From: Alphaproteobacteria bacterium
Lineage (GTDB): Bacteria > Pseudomonadota > Alphaproteobacteria > M2410
Assembly (NCBI GenBank): GCA_030614785.1
Contig: JAUWTJ010000004.1
Coordinates: forward strand, 1,609-65,608
Direction of reading: 5' to 3'
Length of the DNA: 64,000 bases
A program made the translations under genes and the position numbers. The notes under the pieces are model-generated. The model was not told the DNA's origin and ran no database searches. It saw nothing but the letters and a program-made list of their open reading frames with translations. Shown piece by piece: positions 19,267-30,487 of the stretch (its first letter is position 1; each line of letters starts with the position of its first letter).

Positions 19267-19548
19267 ATGCTCTACATCCTTTACTGCGTCGATAAGCCGG
19301 ACAGTCTCGACCTGCGCCTTGCCAACCGCGAGGCACACCTGAACTATGCGGCGGGCTCCCTTGATATGATCAAGCTGGCGGGGCCAATGTTTCTTGATGA
19401 CGGGGAGACCATGGCGGGATCGATGCTGATCATGGAGGCCGAGACAAAGGCCGAGATCGAAGCCTTTTCGGAAGGCGACCCCTACCGCAAGGCGGGGCTT
19501 TTCCAGACGGTCGACATCCGGCCGTTCGTCCAGTCGCTCGGCAAATAA
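19267..19548 (+). CDS. YciI-family protein
   Basis: 93-aa ORF with YciI-like fold signature (MLYILYCVDKPDSLDLRLANREAHL). Confidence 0.65.
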   Translation: MLYILYCVDKPDSLDLRLANREAHLNYAAGSLDMIKLAGPMFLDDGETMAGSMLIMEAETKAEIEAFSEGDPYRKAGLFQTVDIRPFVQSLGK

Positions 19549-19561
19549 CAGGCCTGGGCCC

Positions 19562-19960
19562 ATGGGCGTTCTTGACTTCAAAGGCGCGCCGAGCGCCGGC
19601 ACCGCGCTTTATGCACTGGACGATCTGGGCGATCTCGAAGATCCGCAGACCCGCAGCTTTGACTTCGGCGAGGGCGCGGAGCGCTTCGCGATGTTTATCG
19701 TGCGCTATGGCAGCGAGGTAAGGGGATACCTCAATCGCTGTCCCCATGCGGGCCATCCGCTGGATTTTCCCGAGCACCAGATCCTGACCCTCGACAAGTC
19801 GTTGCTGCGCTGCGCCTCACACGGAGCGCAGTTTGAACGGGACAGCGGCACATGTGTCTCCGGGCCCTGCGAGGGGCGCGCGCTGGTGCCGGTGCCGGTG
19901 CATGTCAAAGATGGTATGATCTGCGTGGGAGAGGCTGCAGGAGACAAGAATGGCGCATAG
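19562..19960 (+). CDS. Rieske (2Fe-2S) domain protein
   Basis: CPHAGHPL ... CASHGAQF Rieske CxH...CxxH boxes. Confidence 0.7.
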   Translation: MGVLDFKGAPSAGTALYALDDLGDLEDPQTRSFDFGEGAERFAMFIVRYGSEVRGYLNRCPHAGHPLDFPEHQILTLDKSLLRCASHGAQFERDSGTCVSGPCEGRALVPVPVHVKDGMICVGEAAGDKNGA

Positions 19961-20942
19961 AGACAGGGATTTTCTGGCTGCCGAAGTTATGGCCGAGGCC
20001 GTTGAAGCCGAGCGCTTTGACGGCCCGGTGCTTGTCATGGGCGAGCCAACAGGCGTGCTGGCCGGGAAGCTTGATGTACCTGTGGAGCGCTGGGAGCGGC
20101 GCGCCGGATCCGGAGTGACCCCGTCACCGTTTCCGCCGTCCGGGCCCTTCGCGGCCGTGCTGCTGCGCACCAGTAAATCCTCTGAGGAGCTTGTCTTTAA
20201 CGTCGCCCTGGCGGCGGCAACTCTGGCGCCAGGCAGACCGCTTTATCTTTTTGGCGCCAATGACGAGGGCATCAGGTCGGCGGGCAAGGTGTTCGCGCCG
20301 TTCTTCGATGCGCCGGACACGCTCCTGACCAAACGCCATTGCCGGGTGTTTCGCGGCATGCGCAATGAGACCGCCGCGCTGCCCTCACCTGACGAGTTTC
20401 TTAAAACCATCCGTGCCGAGACGGCATCGCACGAGCTTTCATGGGTGTCGTGGCCTGGCATGTTTGCGCATGGCAAACTCGACAAGGGCAGCGAGCTCTT
20501 GCTTGAAAACCTGCCGCCTCTCGCGCCGGGCGCGCGGGTGCTCGACTTTGGCTGCGGCGCTGGCGTCTTGAGCCTGGCCTTGCAAAATCAGACGCTGGAT
20601 CTTGATATCACGCTGTTTGATAATGATGCGCTGGCGCTGCACGCGGCGGAGCGTAATGTGGAGGGTGCGGAGACGTGCTGCGGTACAAGCCTGGCAGATC
20701 TTGAGGGCGAGACCTTCGATCTCATCGTCTCGAACCCGCCGGTCCACACCGGCAAGGCGCAGACCTATACGATCCTCGAGCGGCTCATCGAAATGGCGCC
20801 GCAGCATCTCGGCAAAGGCGGGCGGCTGCGCATGGTAGTGCAGGGGACAACGCCGGTGCGGCGCATGCTGGAGGCCAGCTTCAAGACCGTGGCCCTGGTT
20901 GCCGAGAACCGCTCCTATGCGGTCTGGGACGGGCTGGTTTAG
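19950..20942 (+). CDS. class I SAM-dependent methyltransferase, RsmC-like (16S rRNA m2G type)
   Basis: VLDFGCGAGVLS SAM motif and SNPPVH substrate motif; overlaps the Rieske gene by 11 nt. Confidence 0.6.
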   Translation: MAHRDRDFLAAEVMAEAVEAERFDGPVLVMGEPTGVLAGKLDVPVERWERRAGSGVTPSPFPPSGPFAAVLLRTSKSSEELVFNVALAAATLAPGRPLYLFGANDEGIRSAGKVFAPFFDAPDTLLTKRHCRVFRGMRNETAALPSPDEFLKTIRAETASHELSWVSWPGMFAHGKLDKGSELLLENLPPLAPGARVLDFGCGAGVLSLALQNQTLDLDITLFDNDALALHAAERNVEGAETCCGTSLADLEGETFDLIVSNPPVHTGKAQTYTILERLIEMAPQHLGKGGRLRMVVQGTTPVRRMLEASFKTVALVAENRSYAVWDGLV

Positions 20943-20949
20943 GGGAGCC

Positions 20950-21732
20950 TCAAGCCGCAGCTTCTTTCGCCGCATCGCGGGGATGCGCGGTTTCTTGCGG
21001 GAACCGACGTTTGGTCTCGTTGTAAAAATCCGGCGGCTCGATGTTGAGCCGGTCACGGACCTCTTCGAGGGGCAGCGGCATCAGGCTTTCCCATTCCTGG
21101 GCGGCGAACCAGTCGGCACGAGCGGCGTTCTCGCGGGCCTCCCTGATACACTCTTTCGACGGCACAGGAGACTTGTCCTTGCGGCTGGAGCGCTGCGACA
21201 TATAGATGATAAACCGGATGCCGAGATTTGGTGTCTGGGCGGAGGAAAACGCCAGCAGGGAAATCTCGCCAAGGCCGTCGCGGCCATAGCCGGACACGAC
21301 ATGGAAGAGATCGTGAGTGTCGCGCAGACGCTCGCCAAACCAGCGCTCGTCTTCAGTGAATTCACGATCGCGGTCGGCTTCCATGGAGGCGGCCATCAGA
21401 CCGTCAGCAGAAAGATCTTCTGTAACGACAAAATCAAGATAGGCGCGCCCCAGTGAGCCTTCGGGATAGTCTTTGAGCTTGTCGCGATCCTGGAGGATTT
21501 CGAGAATGTCCGGCTTGGCGGCCAGCAGCCCTGCGCCGCCCTGGCGCGCCCGGAGACGCTCGGTGTTATTCATCATGGCGCCGCCCTCAAGGGCTTCAAC
21601 GATCTTGAAAACCTCACCTGTGGCCTCGCCATCCTTCAAGAGGTTCTGCATCGCACGCCAGGCTTTAAGTGGTTGCCTGCGATGGCGTCCTGGTCCGCGC
21701 CGGCCGGTCTGTTTCTCGCCCTGTTGCATCAC
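20950..21732 (-). CDS. Coq4-family protein (ubiquinone biosynthesis Coq4 homologue), paralogue 1
   Basis: HDLFHVVSGYG...E zinc-binding HDxxH-(x)n-E signature of the Coq4 family; paralogous to the next gene. Confidence 0.6.
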   Translation of the reverse strand: MMQQGEKQTGRRGPGRHRRQPLKAWRAMQNLLKDGEATGEVFKIVEALEGGAMMNNTERLRARQGGAGLLAAKPDILEILQDRDKLKDYPEGSLGRAYLDFVVTEDLSADGLMAASMEADRDREFTEDERWFGERLRDTHDLFHVVSGYGRDGLGEISLLAFSSAQTPNLGIRFIIYMSQRSSRKDKSPVPSKECIREARENAARADWFAAQEWESLMPLPLEEVRDRLNIEPPDFYNETKRRFPQETAHPRDAAKEAAA

Positions 21733-21817
21733 TGCCTCCCGAATGCCTTATCCATGCTCAGTTTGCCCGAGATTGGAATGGATCTCAACACTTTCAGGTC
21801 AGAACGTGAACAAGCCC

Positions 21818-22600
21818 TTAAGCCGCGACCGGCTCGGCCAGATCGGGGGCAGCATTGCCCTCCTCGCCCTGCGCCAGAGCCGCGCGGTAAAGCGCGGGAA
21901 TGCGGACATTAAGGCGGGCACGGATGTCCTCGAGCGGTTCGGCCAGAAGCTCTTCCCAGGGCTCGGCAGCAAGCCAGCCAGCGGTACTGCCGTGCGCCCT
22001 TGCTTCCTTGACACAGGCGCGTGCGAGGCGGCCGTTGCCGTTTTTGGCGTCGCGGCGCTGCGCCATATAGACGATGAAAGCGATGCCGCGATTGTGAGAC
22101 TGGGCATTGGAAAAGGCTATGACACTGAGCTCGCCCAGGGGATCGCGGCCATAGCCGGTGATCACGTGATAGAGATCATGAATATCGCGCAGGCGCTCGC
22201 CGAGCCAGACTTCTTCGGGATCATAGAACTCCGATGTCGGATCAATCTCCGGGCGCGGTGCCTCGGCACTGGCCTCGAGCAGGCCCTGAGCGGTGAGGTT
22301 TTCAGATTCCATAAAATGCAGATAGGCGCGCCCGAGGCTGCCGTCCGGCATCGCGCGCAGGGTTTCGCGATCTTCCAGCAACGGGAGGATCGACGGTCTG
22401 TCACGCAGCAGTTCGCGGCCGCTTTCACGCGCGTGCATCTCGTACATCGCCCGGGTCAGGCTGTCGCCCTTCAGGGCGTTGATGATCTTGAAGACTTCGC
22501 CGGTCGCTTCGGGGTCTTTCAACAGTTTCTGTACGGATCGCCAGGCAACCAGCGGGCGCACGCGTGTATCCGGCTTGGCGGTTTTTGCTTCGGGGGACAT
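21818..22600 (-). CDS. Coq4-family protein, paralogue 2
   Basis: HDLYHVITGYG...E signature; collinear similarity with 20950-21732 over its whole length; start taken at ATG 22600. Confidence 0.6.
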   Translation of the reverse strand: MSPEAKTAKPDTRVRPLVAWRSVQKLLKDPEATGEVFKIINALKGDSLTRAMYEMHARESGRELLRDRPSILPLLEDRETLRAMPDGSLGRAYLHFMESENLTAQGLLEASAEAPRPEIDPTSEFYDPEEVWLGERLRDIHDLYHVITGYGRDPLGELSVIAFSNAQSHNRGIAFIVYMAQRRDAKNGNGRLARACVKEARAHGSTAGWLAAEPWEELLAEPLEDIRARLNVRIPALYRAALAQGEEGNAAPDLAEPVAA

Positions 22601-22771
22601 GGGGCTATATCCTTTATGGCTTTGAGGGGGCAGCAAGGAACGCAACTGAAACGGGGGTTGGCGCGATTCTACCAGACCGTGCGACAAAACCAATAGTGAG
22701 CCCGTCACATTTACCAATCATTACGAAGGAAATCTTTGTACGTTGCAAACTGGAAGCATTCCAGCAATAGT

Positions 22772-23548
22772 CTAGCTTAGGGCGAACTTTCCGAAATCGG
22801 CGACGAGCCCCGCCCTGGCAAGCGCGACCAGCTTGCCGCCGTCTTCGACGGTGGCCAGTGACGGGTCGGAGCCGATGCGGCCATCGGGGAAGTTTTTGCG
22901 ATAGTCGGCGGCATCGGTGAACCCGCCATTGGGCGCGATTTTGGGCTCGAGGGGCGCGTTCGTGATGTGGCCAGGATATGCAAAAAATGTGAGGGCGACT
23001 TCGGACGGCGTGGCGTGAGAGCCGTGGCCCTTCGGATAGGCTTTCTTGCAAAAGTCCATAACGCCGCCGAGTTCCCACCAGCTGCGCAGCATACACTTGA
23101 CGTTTTGCGTCTCGGGACCGCTCTCGCCGGTACCGCCGAGGGAGTTTTGCGCGTAGACCTCGGCGAAAGCAGCATTGATGGTGGCGATGTTGCCGCCGTG
23201 ACCGTTGAGAAAATAGATCCGGGTGAAGCCGTGATGGGCGAGCGAATTGACCCAGTCAACGATGGAGGCGATCATGGTCGAGGGCCGCAGGGTCATCGAG
23301 CCGGCAAACGCCATGTGGTGCTGGGCGATGCCGACATTGAACGTCGGGCCAACCAGAAGATCGGCCTCGTCGCCGGCGGCTTTGGCGATAAACTCGGGGC
23401 AGATGGCGTCGGTGCCGATCATGCCGGTGGGGCCGTGCTGCTCGGTCGAGCCGATGGGAATAATAATCCCTTTGGAATGCTCCAGATGAAGCTCGATCTC
23501 GTTCCAGGTCGATAATTGCAATTGCACGGGCGCGTTCCTTCGTCTCAA
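22772..23548 (-). CDS. creatininase/creatinine amidohydrolase-family protein
   Basis: IIPIGSTEQHGP ... GHGGN motifs of the creatininase fold. Confidence 0.7.
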   Translation of the reverse strand: MRRRNAPVQLQLSTWNEIELHLEHSKGIIIPIGSTEQHGPTGMIGTDAICPEFIAKAAGDEADLLVGPTFNVGIAQHHMAFAGSMTLRPSTMIASIVDWVNSLAHHGFTRIYFLNGHGGNIATINAAFAEVYAQNSLGGTGESGPETQNVKCMLRSWWELGGVMDFCKKAYPKGHGSHATPSEVALTFFAYPGHITNAPLEPKIAPNGGFTDAADYRKNFPDGRIGSDPSLATVEDGGKLVALARAGLVADFGKFALS

Positions 23549-23619
23549 GGTCTCCCTCTATTGCATAATTTGCAGCGACGCGCCATGTTGCGGCGCGACA
23601 GAGCCCGACAGCCACACCG

Positions 23620-23719
23620 ACCTCATCCTGAGGAGCCGCCAAAGGCGGCGTCTCGAAGGAGGCCAGGAGGGTTCGGGGCCTCGACCCTTCGAGACGGCGC
23701 GAGCGCCTCCTCAGGGTGA
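23620..23719. repeat. family-2 palindromic intergenic element, copy 2
   Basis: CCTCATCCTGAGGAGC...GTCTCGAAGGAGGC...CCTTCGAGACG...CCTCAGGGTGAGG. Confidence 0.6.
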
Positions 23720-23748
23720 GGTTTTGAATTATGTATGGAGACAAGACC

Positions 23749-24963
23749 ATGAGTACCCCGCCAAAAGCATCGAGTGGCCCACTTGATGGCATCAGGATCA
23801 TCGATCTGACCTCGGTGTTGCTGGGGCCCTATGCGACCCAGATCCTTGGCGATATGGGCGCCGATGTGATCAAGGTCGAGGGGCCAGGCGGCGATATTAT
23901 TCGCGGTGCGGGGCCGCACGGCGATAAGGGGATGGGACCGATTTTCCTCAATGCCAATCGCAACAAGCGCTCGCTTGTGCTCGACCTGAAAAAAGACAGC
24001 GCCAAAAAGGCGCTGGCCAAACTGATCGAGGGCGCCGATGTCTTCATCCACAATGTGCGGCTCGCAGGCATTGCGCGGCTCGGCTTTGACTATGACAGCG
24101 TCAAGGCGATCAAGCCTGACATCATCTATGTGCATGCCTGCGGCTATGGCGCGGGCGGGGCTTACGATGGCCGCCAGGCCTATGATGATCTGGTGCAGGC
24201 GGTCTCCGGCGGCGCATGGCTGCAGGCCAAGATCGACGGCTCCGACGAGCCGCGCTATTTTCCCTCGTTGATGGCGGACAAGGTGACCGGGCTGCACGGC
24301 GTCTATGCGGTGATGGGCGCGGTGATCCACAAGCTGCGCACCGGCGAGGGACAGTTTGTCGAGGTGCCGATGCACGAGGTTTTTACCTCGTTTCTTTATT
24401 CCGAACCTCTCTTCGGCCATACGTTTGTGCCGCCGGAAGACCAGATGGGTTATTCCCGCGTGCTCAACCCGAAACGCAAACCCTATAAAACCAAAGACGG
24501 TTTTATCGCTATTCTTCCCTATAATGACAATCACATCAAAAAGTTCTTTGAGCTTGGCGGGCGCGCCGATGTGATGGAGGACCCGAGGTTCTCAAGCTAT
24601 GAAGCGCGCGCGGCAAACGTCGAGGCGCTCTACGGCATCATCGACGAGGTCGCGGGCCTCAAGACCACAGACGAATGGCTCAAGCTCCTGCACGAGCATC
24701 ACGTGCCGTCGATGAAGGTCGGGCATTTTGAAGAGATCCTCGAGGACGAACATTTAAAGTCGGTCGACTTCTTCGAGCCCGTGACCCACCCCACCGAAGG
24801 CGCGATGCTCAACATGAAACACCCGGTGAAGTTTGCCGCCAGCCCGGCCGGGACCGCGCGGCTGGCGCCAAACCTGGGCGAGCATAATGTCGAGGTGCTG
24901 GAGGAAGCCGGGTTTTCGGCGGAGGAAATTGCGGCAATGAAGGATGACGGGGCGTTGGGGTAA
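23749..24963 (+). CDS. family III CoA-transferase (CaiB/BaiF)
   Basis: LDGIRIIDLTSVLLGPYATQILGDMGADVIKVE N-terminal signature. Confidence 0.75.
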   Translation: MSTPPKASSGPLDGIRIIDLTSVLLGPYATQILGDMGADVIKVEGPGGDIIRGAGPHGDKGMGPIFLNANRNKRSLVLDLKKDSAKKALAKLIEGADVFIHNVRLAGIARLGFDYDSVKAIKPDIIYVHACGYGAGGAYDGRQAYDDLVQAVSGGAWLQAKIDGSDEPRYFPSLMADKVTGLHGVYAVMGAVIHKLRTGEGQFVEVPMHEVFTSFLYSEPLFGHTFVPPEDQMGYSRVLNPKRKPYKTKDGFIAILPYNDNHIKKFFELGGRADVMEDPRFSSYEARAANVEALYGIIDEVAGLKTTDEWLKLLHEHHVPSMKVGHFEEILEDEHLKSVDFFEPVTHPTEGAMLNMKHPVKFAASPAGTARLAPNLGEHNVEVLEEAGFSAEEIAAMKDDGALG

Positions 24964-24984
24964 GGTTTTTGTCTCCTATTATTC

Positions 24985-25104
24985 GTCACCCCGGATGCAA
25001 TGCGGCACGCAGTGACGCTTTGCTGGTCCGGGGCCCACAACGTGGAGATTTGGGTCCCGGACCCGCGAAGCAGCATTTCATGCTGCATCGCATCCGGGAT
25101 GACG
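24985..25104. repeat. family-1 palindromic intergenic element (GTCACCCCGGATGCAATGCGG...GCATCCGGGATGAC)
   Basis: inverted-repeat termini GTCACCCCGGATGC / GCATCCGGGATGAC; recurs at about 27970-28126 and 36464-36567. Confidence 0.6.
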
Positions 25105-25178
25105 ATACTTTCGACCTTGAGACTCCCGCTTCCCTCGCCTAAACTCCGGCGCAAAGAACAAAACCCGGAGGATCCCCC

Positions 25179-27140
<1,962 letters not shown>

Positions 27141-27160
27141 TCTTTGAACGGAGCACCCCT

Positions 27161-27961
27161 ATGATTCATGAACGCCACACGGCTCTCATAACCGGCGCGT
27201 CTGCCGGCATCGGCGCTGCCTTCGCGCGCGTGTTTGCTGAAAACGGCTTTGATGTCATTCTGACCGCACGGCGCGAGGACATGCTGGTGACGCTGGCCAA
27301 CGAAATCGAAAGCCGTTACGGCGTCTCCGCCTATGTGATCCCGGAAGACCTTTCTGACCCGGCTGCACCGCAGCGCCTCTATGACGAGATTGCCGCGCGC
27401 GGCCTTGATGTTGATGCTCTCATTAACAACGCAGGCTACGGTGTGCAGGGGAATTTCGACGAGGTTGACTGGCAGGTGCATGCCGATTTCATGGCGGTTC
27501 TGTCCACCAGCCTGTTGCAGCTTACACATCTTTTTCTGCCGCACATGAAAACCCAAAAGTTTGGCTGGATCCTCAACGTGGCCTCCCTCGCGGGCTATCT
27601 GCCGGGGCTGTCGAGCGGCGCCACGCTTTATACGCCGGTCAAGGCCTTCGTTGTGAAATTCAGCCAGGCACTGTGGACCGAATGCCGGGGAACCGGGGTT
27701 CATGTGACGGGAGTTTGCCCCGGCTTCACGTACAGCGAATTTCACGACGTGCTCGACAATCGCGCCGACATGGACAAGCTGCCGAAGCTTTTCTGGATGA
27801 ATGCCGAGACCGTGGCGCAGCAAGGCTTTGATGCGGTGATGCGGGACAAGCCGATCGTTATCAACGGCTGGGTCAACCGCGTGCTCTCGATCTTGCCACG
27901 GATCATCCCGGAGACTGTGCTCTTCGGGATCGCCGACTGGAAAAACGGCGGAAAGAAATAG
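27161..27961 (+). CDS. SDR-family oxidoreductase
   Basis: TGASAGIGAA Rossmann motif, YxxxK-compatible core. Confidence 0.8.
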   Translation: MIHERHTALITGASAGIGAAFARVFAENGFDVILTARREDMLVTLANEIESRYGVSAYVIPEDLSDPAAPQRLYDEIAARGLDVDALINNAGYGVQGNFDEVDWQVHADFMAVLSTSLLQLTHLFLPHMKTQKFGWILNVASLAGYLPGLSSGATLYTPVKAFVVKFSQALWTECRGTGVHVTGVCPGFTYSEFHDVLDNRADMDKLPKLFWMNAETVAQQGFDAVMRDKPIVINGWVNRVLSILPRIIPETVLFGIADWKNGGKK

Positions 27962-27969
27962 GACTCTTT

Positions 27970-28126
27970 GTCACCCCGGATGCAACGCGGCGCGGAGTGC
28001 CGCTTTGCTGGTCTCTACCCGACAGGGCGTGTGCTTAGCACGCCTGAGAGGTGGGGCCCAAATCTGACATGTAGGTCCCGGACCAGCGGAGCAACATTGA
28101 CATGTTGCACCGCATCCGGGATGACA
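27970..28126. repeat. family-1 palindromic intergenic element, copy 2
   Basis: same termini and internal GCTTTGCTGGTC / TCCCGGACC blocks as 24985-25104. Confidence 0.6.
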
Positions 28127-28136
28127 AATAGTGAAT

Positions 28137-28772
28137 TCAGCCTTTACGACCGCTCCCCGCAAGCGCCGCACCAAGGCCGAGCGCGATAAAGATCCCGCCG
28201 GTCAGGTACTTCTGCATATCAAGGAAGCCGGGCCGCGCTCTGATCCATCTGGCGGCAGTTCCGGCGAGGAGGGCGTATGCGCCGTCGGTGATGATGCCAA
28301 GCACAATAAAGGTCGCCCCCAGAACAAGCACCTGGCCTGCGATCATGCCTCTTGCGGGATCAACAAATTGCGGCAGGAACGCGAGGAAAAACAGTGCGGT
28401 TTTGGGGTTGAGGATATTGACGACAACGCCCTCCCAAAAGATGCGGTTCAAGCTCTCGCGTTTCAGAGAGTGTGGCTCATCACCATTGTCGCCGAAGATA
28501 CGCCTCAGTCCGAGATAGATGAGATATGCCGCCCCGGCATATTTGATGATCGTAAACGCCAGCGCCGAAGCCAGCACCAGAGCCGAGAGGCCAATCGCGG
28601 CGGCGAGCACATGAACCACTGTACCGAGATGAACACCGAGCACTGAAACCAGACCCGCCATGCGCCCCTGATCAACACTGCGCGCCGTGATGTAAAGCAC
28701 CGCGGGGCCCGGCACGAGGAGCAGCGCCAGACTGGCCGCGATGAAAATGAGGAATGTGGCTGATTCAAACAT
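28137..28772 (-). CDS. LysE/RhtB-family amino-acid exporter
   Basis: six-TM 211-aa ORF with LVPGPAVLYI N-terminal signature. Confidence 0.8.
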   Translation of the reverse strand: MFESATFLIFIAASLALLLVPGPAVLYITARSVDQGRMAGLVSVLGVHLGTVVHVLAAAIGLSALVLASALAFTIIKYAGAAYLIYLGLRRIFGDNGDEPHSLKRESLNRIFWEGVVVNILNPKTALFFLAFLPQFVDPARGMIAGQVLVLGATFIVLGIITDGAYALLAGTAARWIRARPGFLDMQKYLTGGIFIALGLGAALAGSGRKG

Positions 28773-28817
28773 CAGGCCAGACTATCCTGGTTGAGGGGAA
28801 ATGTCATCAAAGCCTGT

Positions 28818-29636
28818 CTAGCGCTGGCAATTCGAACAGTAAAACGTTGACCGCCCACTTTGGACAATACGTTTGATCGGCGCGCCGCAGCTCTCATTGA
28901 TGCAGGGTTCGCCCTCGCGGCCATAGACCTGAAACCGATGTTGGAAGTATCCCAGCTCGCCATCAACTTGCGCATAATCTTTCAGAGTTGAGCCGCCGGC
29001 GGCGACGGCTTCGGTGAGCACGTCGCGAATGACCGGGGCGAGGCGTTCTGCGCGCTGGCCGGTGACCGATTTTGCCAGACGCTTTGGCGAAATGCCGGAG
29101 CGGTAAAGCGCCTCGCAGACATAGATATTGCCAAGCCCGGCGATGAGACGCTGGTCGAGCAGCGCCGCCTTGATCGGGGTCTTCTTGCCCTCGAAGAGCT
29201 CAGCGAGCTTCGTGCCTGAGAGTTCATTACCGAGCGGTTCGATACCCATCTTTACAAAGAACTTGTGTTCGGCGAGCGTGGCGCTTTTCGCCAGATCCAT
29301 AAATCCGAAGCGGCGCGGATCGCCGTAACCGATCTGGCGCCCGTTCGACATGGTGAAGCGGACATGCTCATGCGGGATCTCGGCCTCATCGACGGTGAAG
29401 CGGCCCGACATGCCCAGATGCATAATGAGGGTTTCGCCGGTCGACAGGCTGACCAGGATATATTTGGCGCGCCGGTGCATCGCCTCAACCGTCGCCCCTT
29501 CAAGGCGCGCCGCAAACCGCTTCGGGAATGGAAACCGCAGGTCCTTGCGGCGCAGCTCGACCCGCGCGAAGCGCACGCCCTCCATATGCGGCGCAAGCCC
29601 GCGACAAACAGTTTCAACTTCGGGTAATTCGGGCAA
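28818..29636 (-). CDS. mutM: formamidopyrimidine-DNA glycosylase
   Basis: MPELPEVE N-terminus, C-terminal zinc finger CxxC...CxxC. Confidence 0.9.
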   Translation of the reverse strand: MPELPEVETVCRGLAPHMEGVRFARVELRRKDLRFPFPKRFAARLEGATVEAMHRRAKYILVSLSTGETLIMHLGMSGRFTVDEAEIPHEHVRFTMSNGRQIGYGDPRRFGFMDLAKSATLAEHKFFVKMGIEPLGNELSGTKLAELFEGKKTPIKAALLDQRLIAGLGNIYVCEALYRSGISPKRLAKSVTGQRAERLAPVIRDVLTEAVAAGGSTLKDYAQVDGELGYFQHRFQVYGREGEPCINESCGAPIKRIVQSGRSTFYCSNCQR

Positions 29637-29733
29637 ATCCGGTCCTTTCCAGATGAGGCGGGCGGGTCAGGGCCGGGTCAGGAGACGTAATGTCGCCTTG
29701 CCCGGGGCGCCCGAGTATGCGAAAGAAATCCCC

Positions 29734-30477
29734 ATGAGTGAAGAGACAATCGATTTCGGATTTGAGGAGGTTCCCGTTGCGCAAAAGCGCGCCCGGGTGC
29801 GAGAAGTCTTTGACGGGGTGGCGGAAAACTACGACCTGATGAACGACCTCATGTCGATGGGCATTCACCGGATCTGGAAATCGATCCTGCTCGACATGGC
29901 CGACCCGAGACCACACAAGGTCCTCATTGATGTGGCGGGCGGCACCGGCGACATCGCGTTCGGGTTTCTCGACCGCGGCGGCGAAGCGGCCTATGTCTGC
30001 GACATCAATCATGAAATGCTCAAAGCGGGCACGAAGCGGCGCGAGGCGAGCCTGTTTGAGGAAAAGCCCTTGCACTGGATCTGCGGCAACGCAGAAAGTC
30101 TTCCGATCCCGGATAAAACCGGCGATGTCTACACGATCACCTTTGGCATTCGCAACGTGACGCACCGCGACAAGGCGCTTGAAGAAGCACGGCGTGTGCT
30201 CAAGCCAGGCGGGCGGTTCCTGTGTCTTGAGTTTTCCATGCCGACCATTCCCGGTGCGGACAAAATCTATGATCTTTATTCTTTCAGGATCCTGCCGTGG
30301 CTCGGCGAGAAAGTTGCCAAGGACGCCGACAGCTATCGCTATCTTGCCGAAAGCATCCGCAAGTTTCCGGCGCCGGAAGACTTTGCCGCGCAAATCGAGG
30401 CGGCCGGTCTCGGCCAGGTGAAGACCCAGGCGCTGACCGGCGGCATTGCAACGCTTTATTCCGCCTGGCGGCTTTGA
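29734..30477 (+). CDS. ubiE: ubiquinone/menaquinone C-methyltransferase
   Basis: MSEETIDFGFEEVPVAQKRARVREVFDGVAENYDLMNDLMS typical UbiE start; the longer ORF from 29350 overlaps mutM and is rejected. Confidence 0.9.
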   Translation: MSEETIDFGFEEVPVAQKRARVREVFDGVAENYDLMNDLMSMGIHRIWKSILLDMADPRPHKVLIDVAGGTGDIAFGFLDRGGEAAYVCDINHEMLKAGTKRREASLFEEKPLHWICGNAESLPIPDKTGDVYTITFGIRNVTHRDKALEEARRVLKPGGRFLCLEFSMPTIPGADKIYDLYSFRILPWLGEKVAKDADSYRYLAESIRKFPAPEDFAAQIEAAGLGQVKTQALTGGIATLYSAWRL

Positions 30478-30487
30478 GGCGGGCCCT

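Noticed and set aside
29350-29733. Upstream extension of the ubiE ORF (starting MVKRTCS...).
   Set aside because: It overlaps the mutM coding region on the opposite strand. Conserved UbiE N-terminus begins at MSEETIDFG (ATG 29734).
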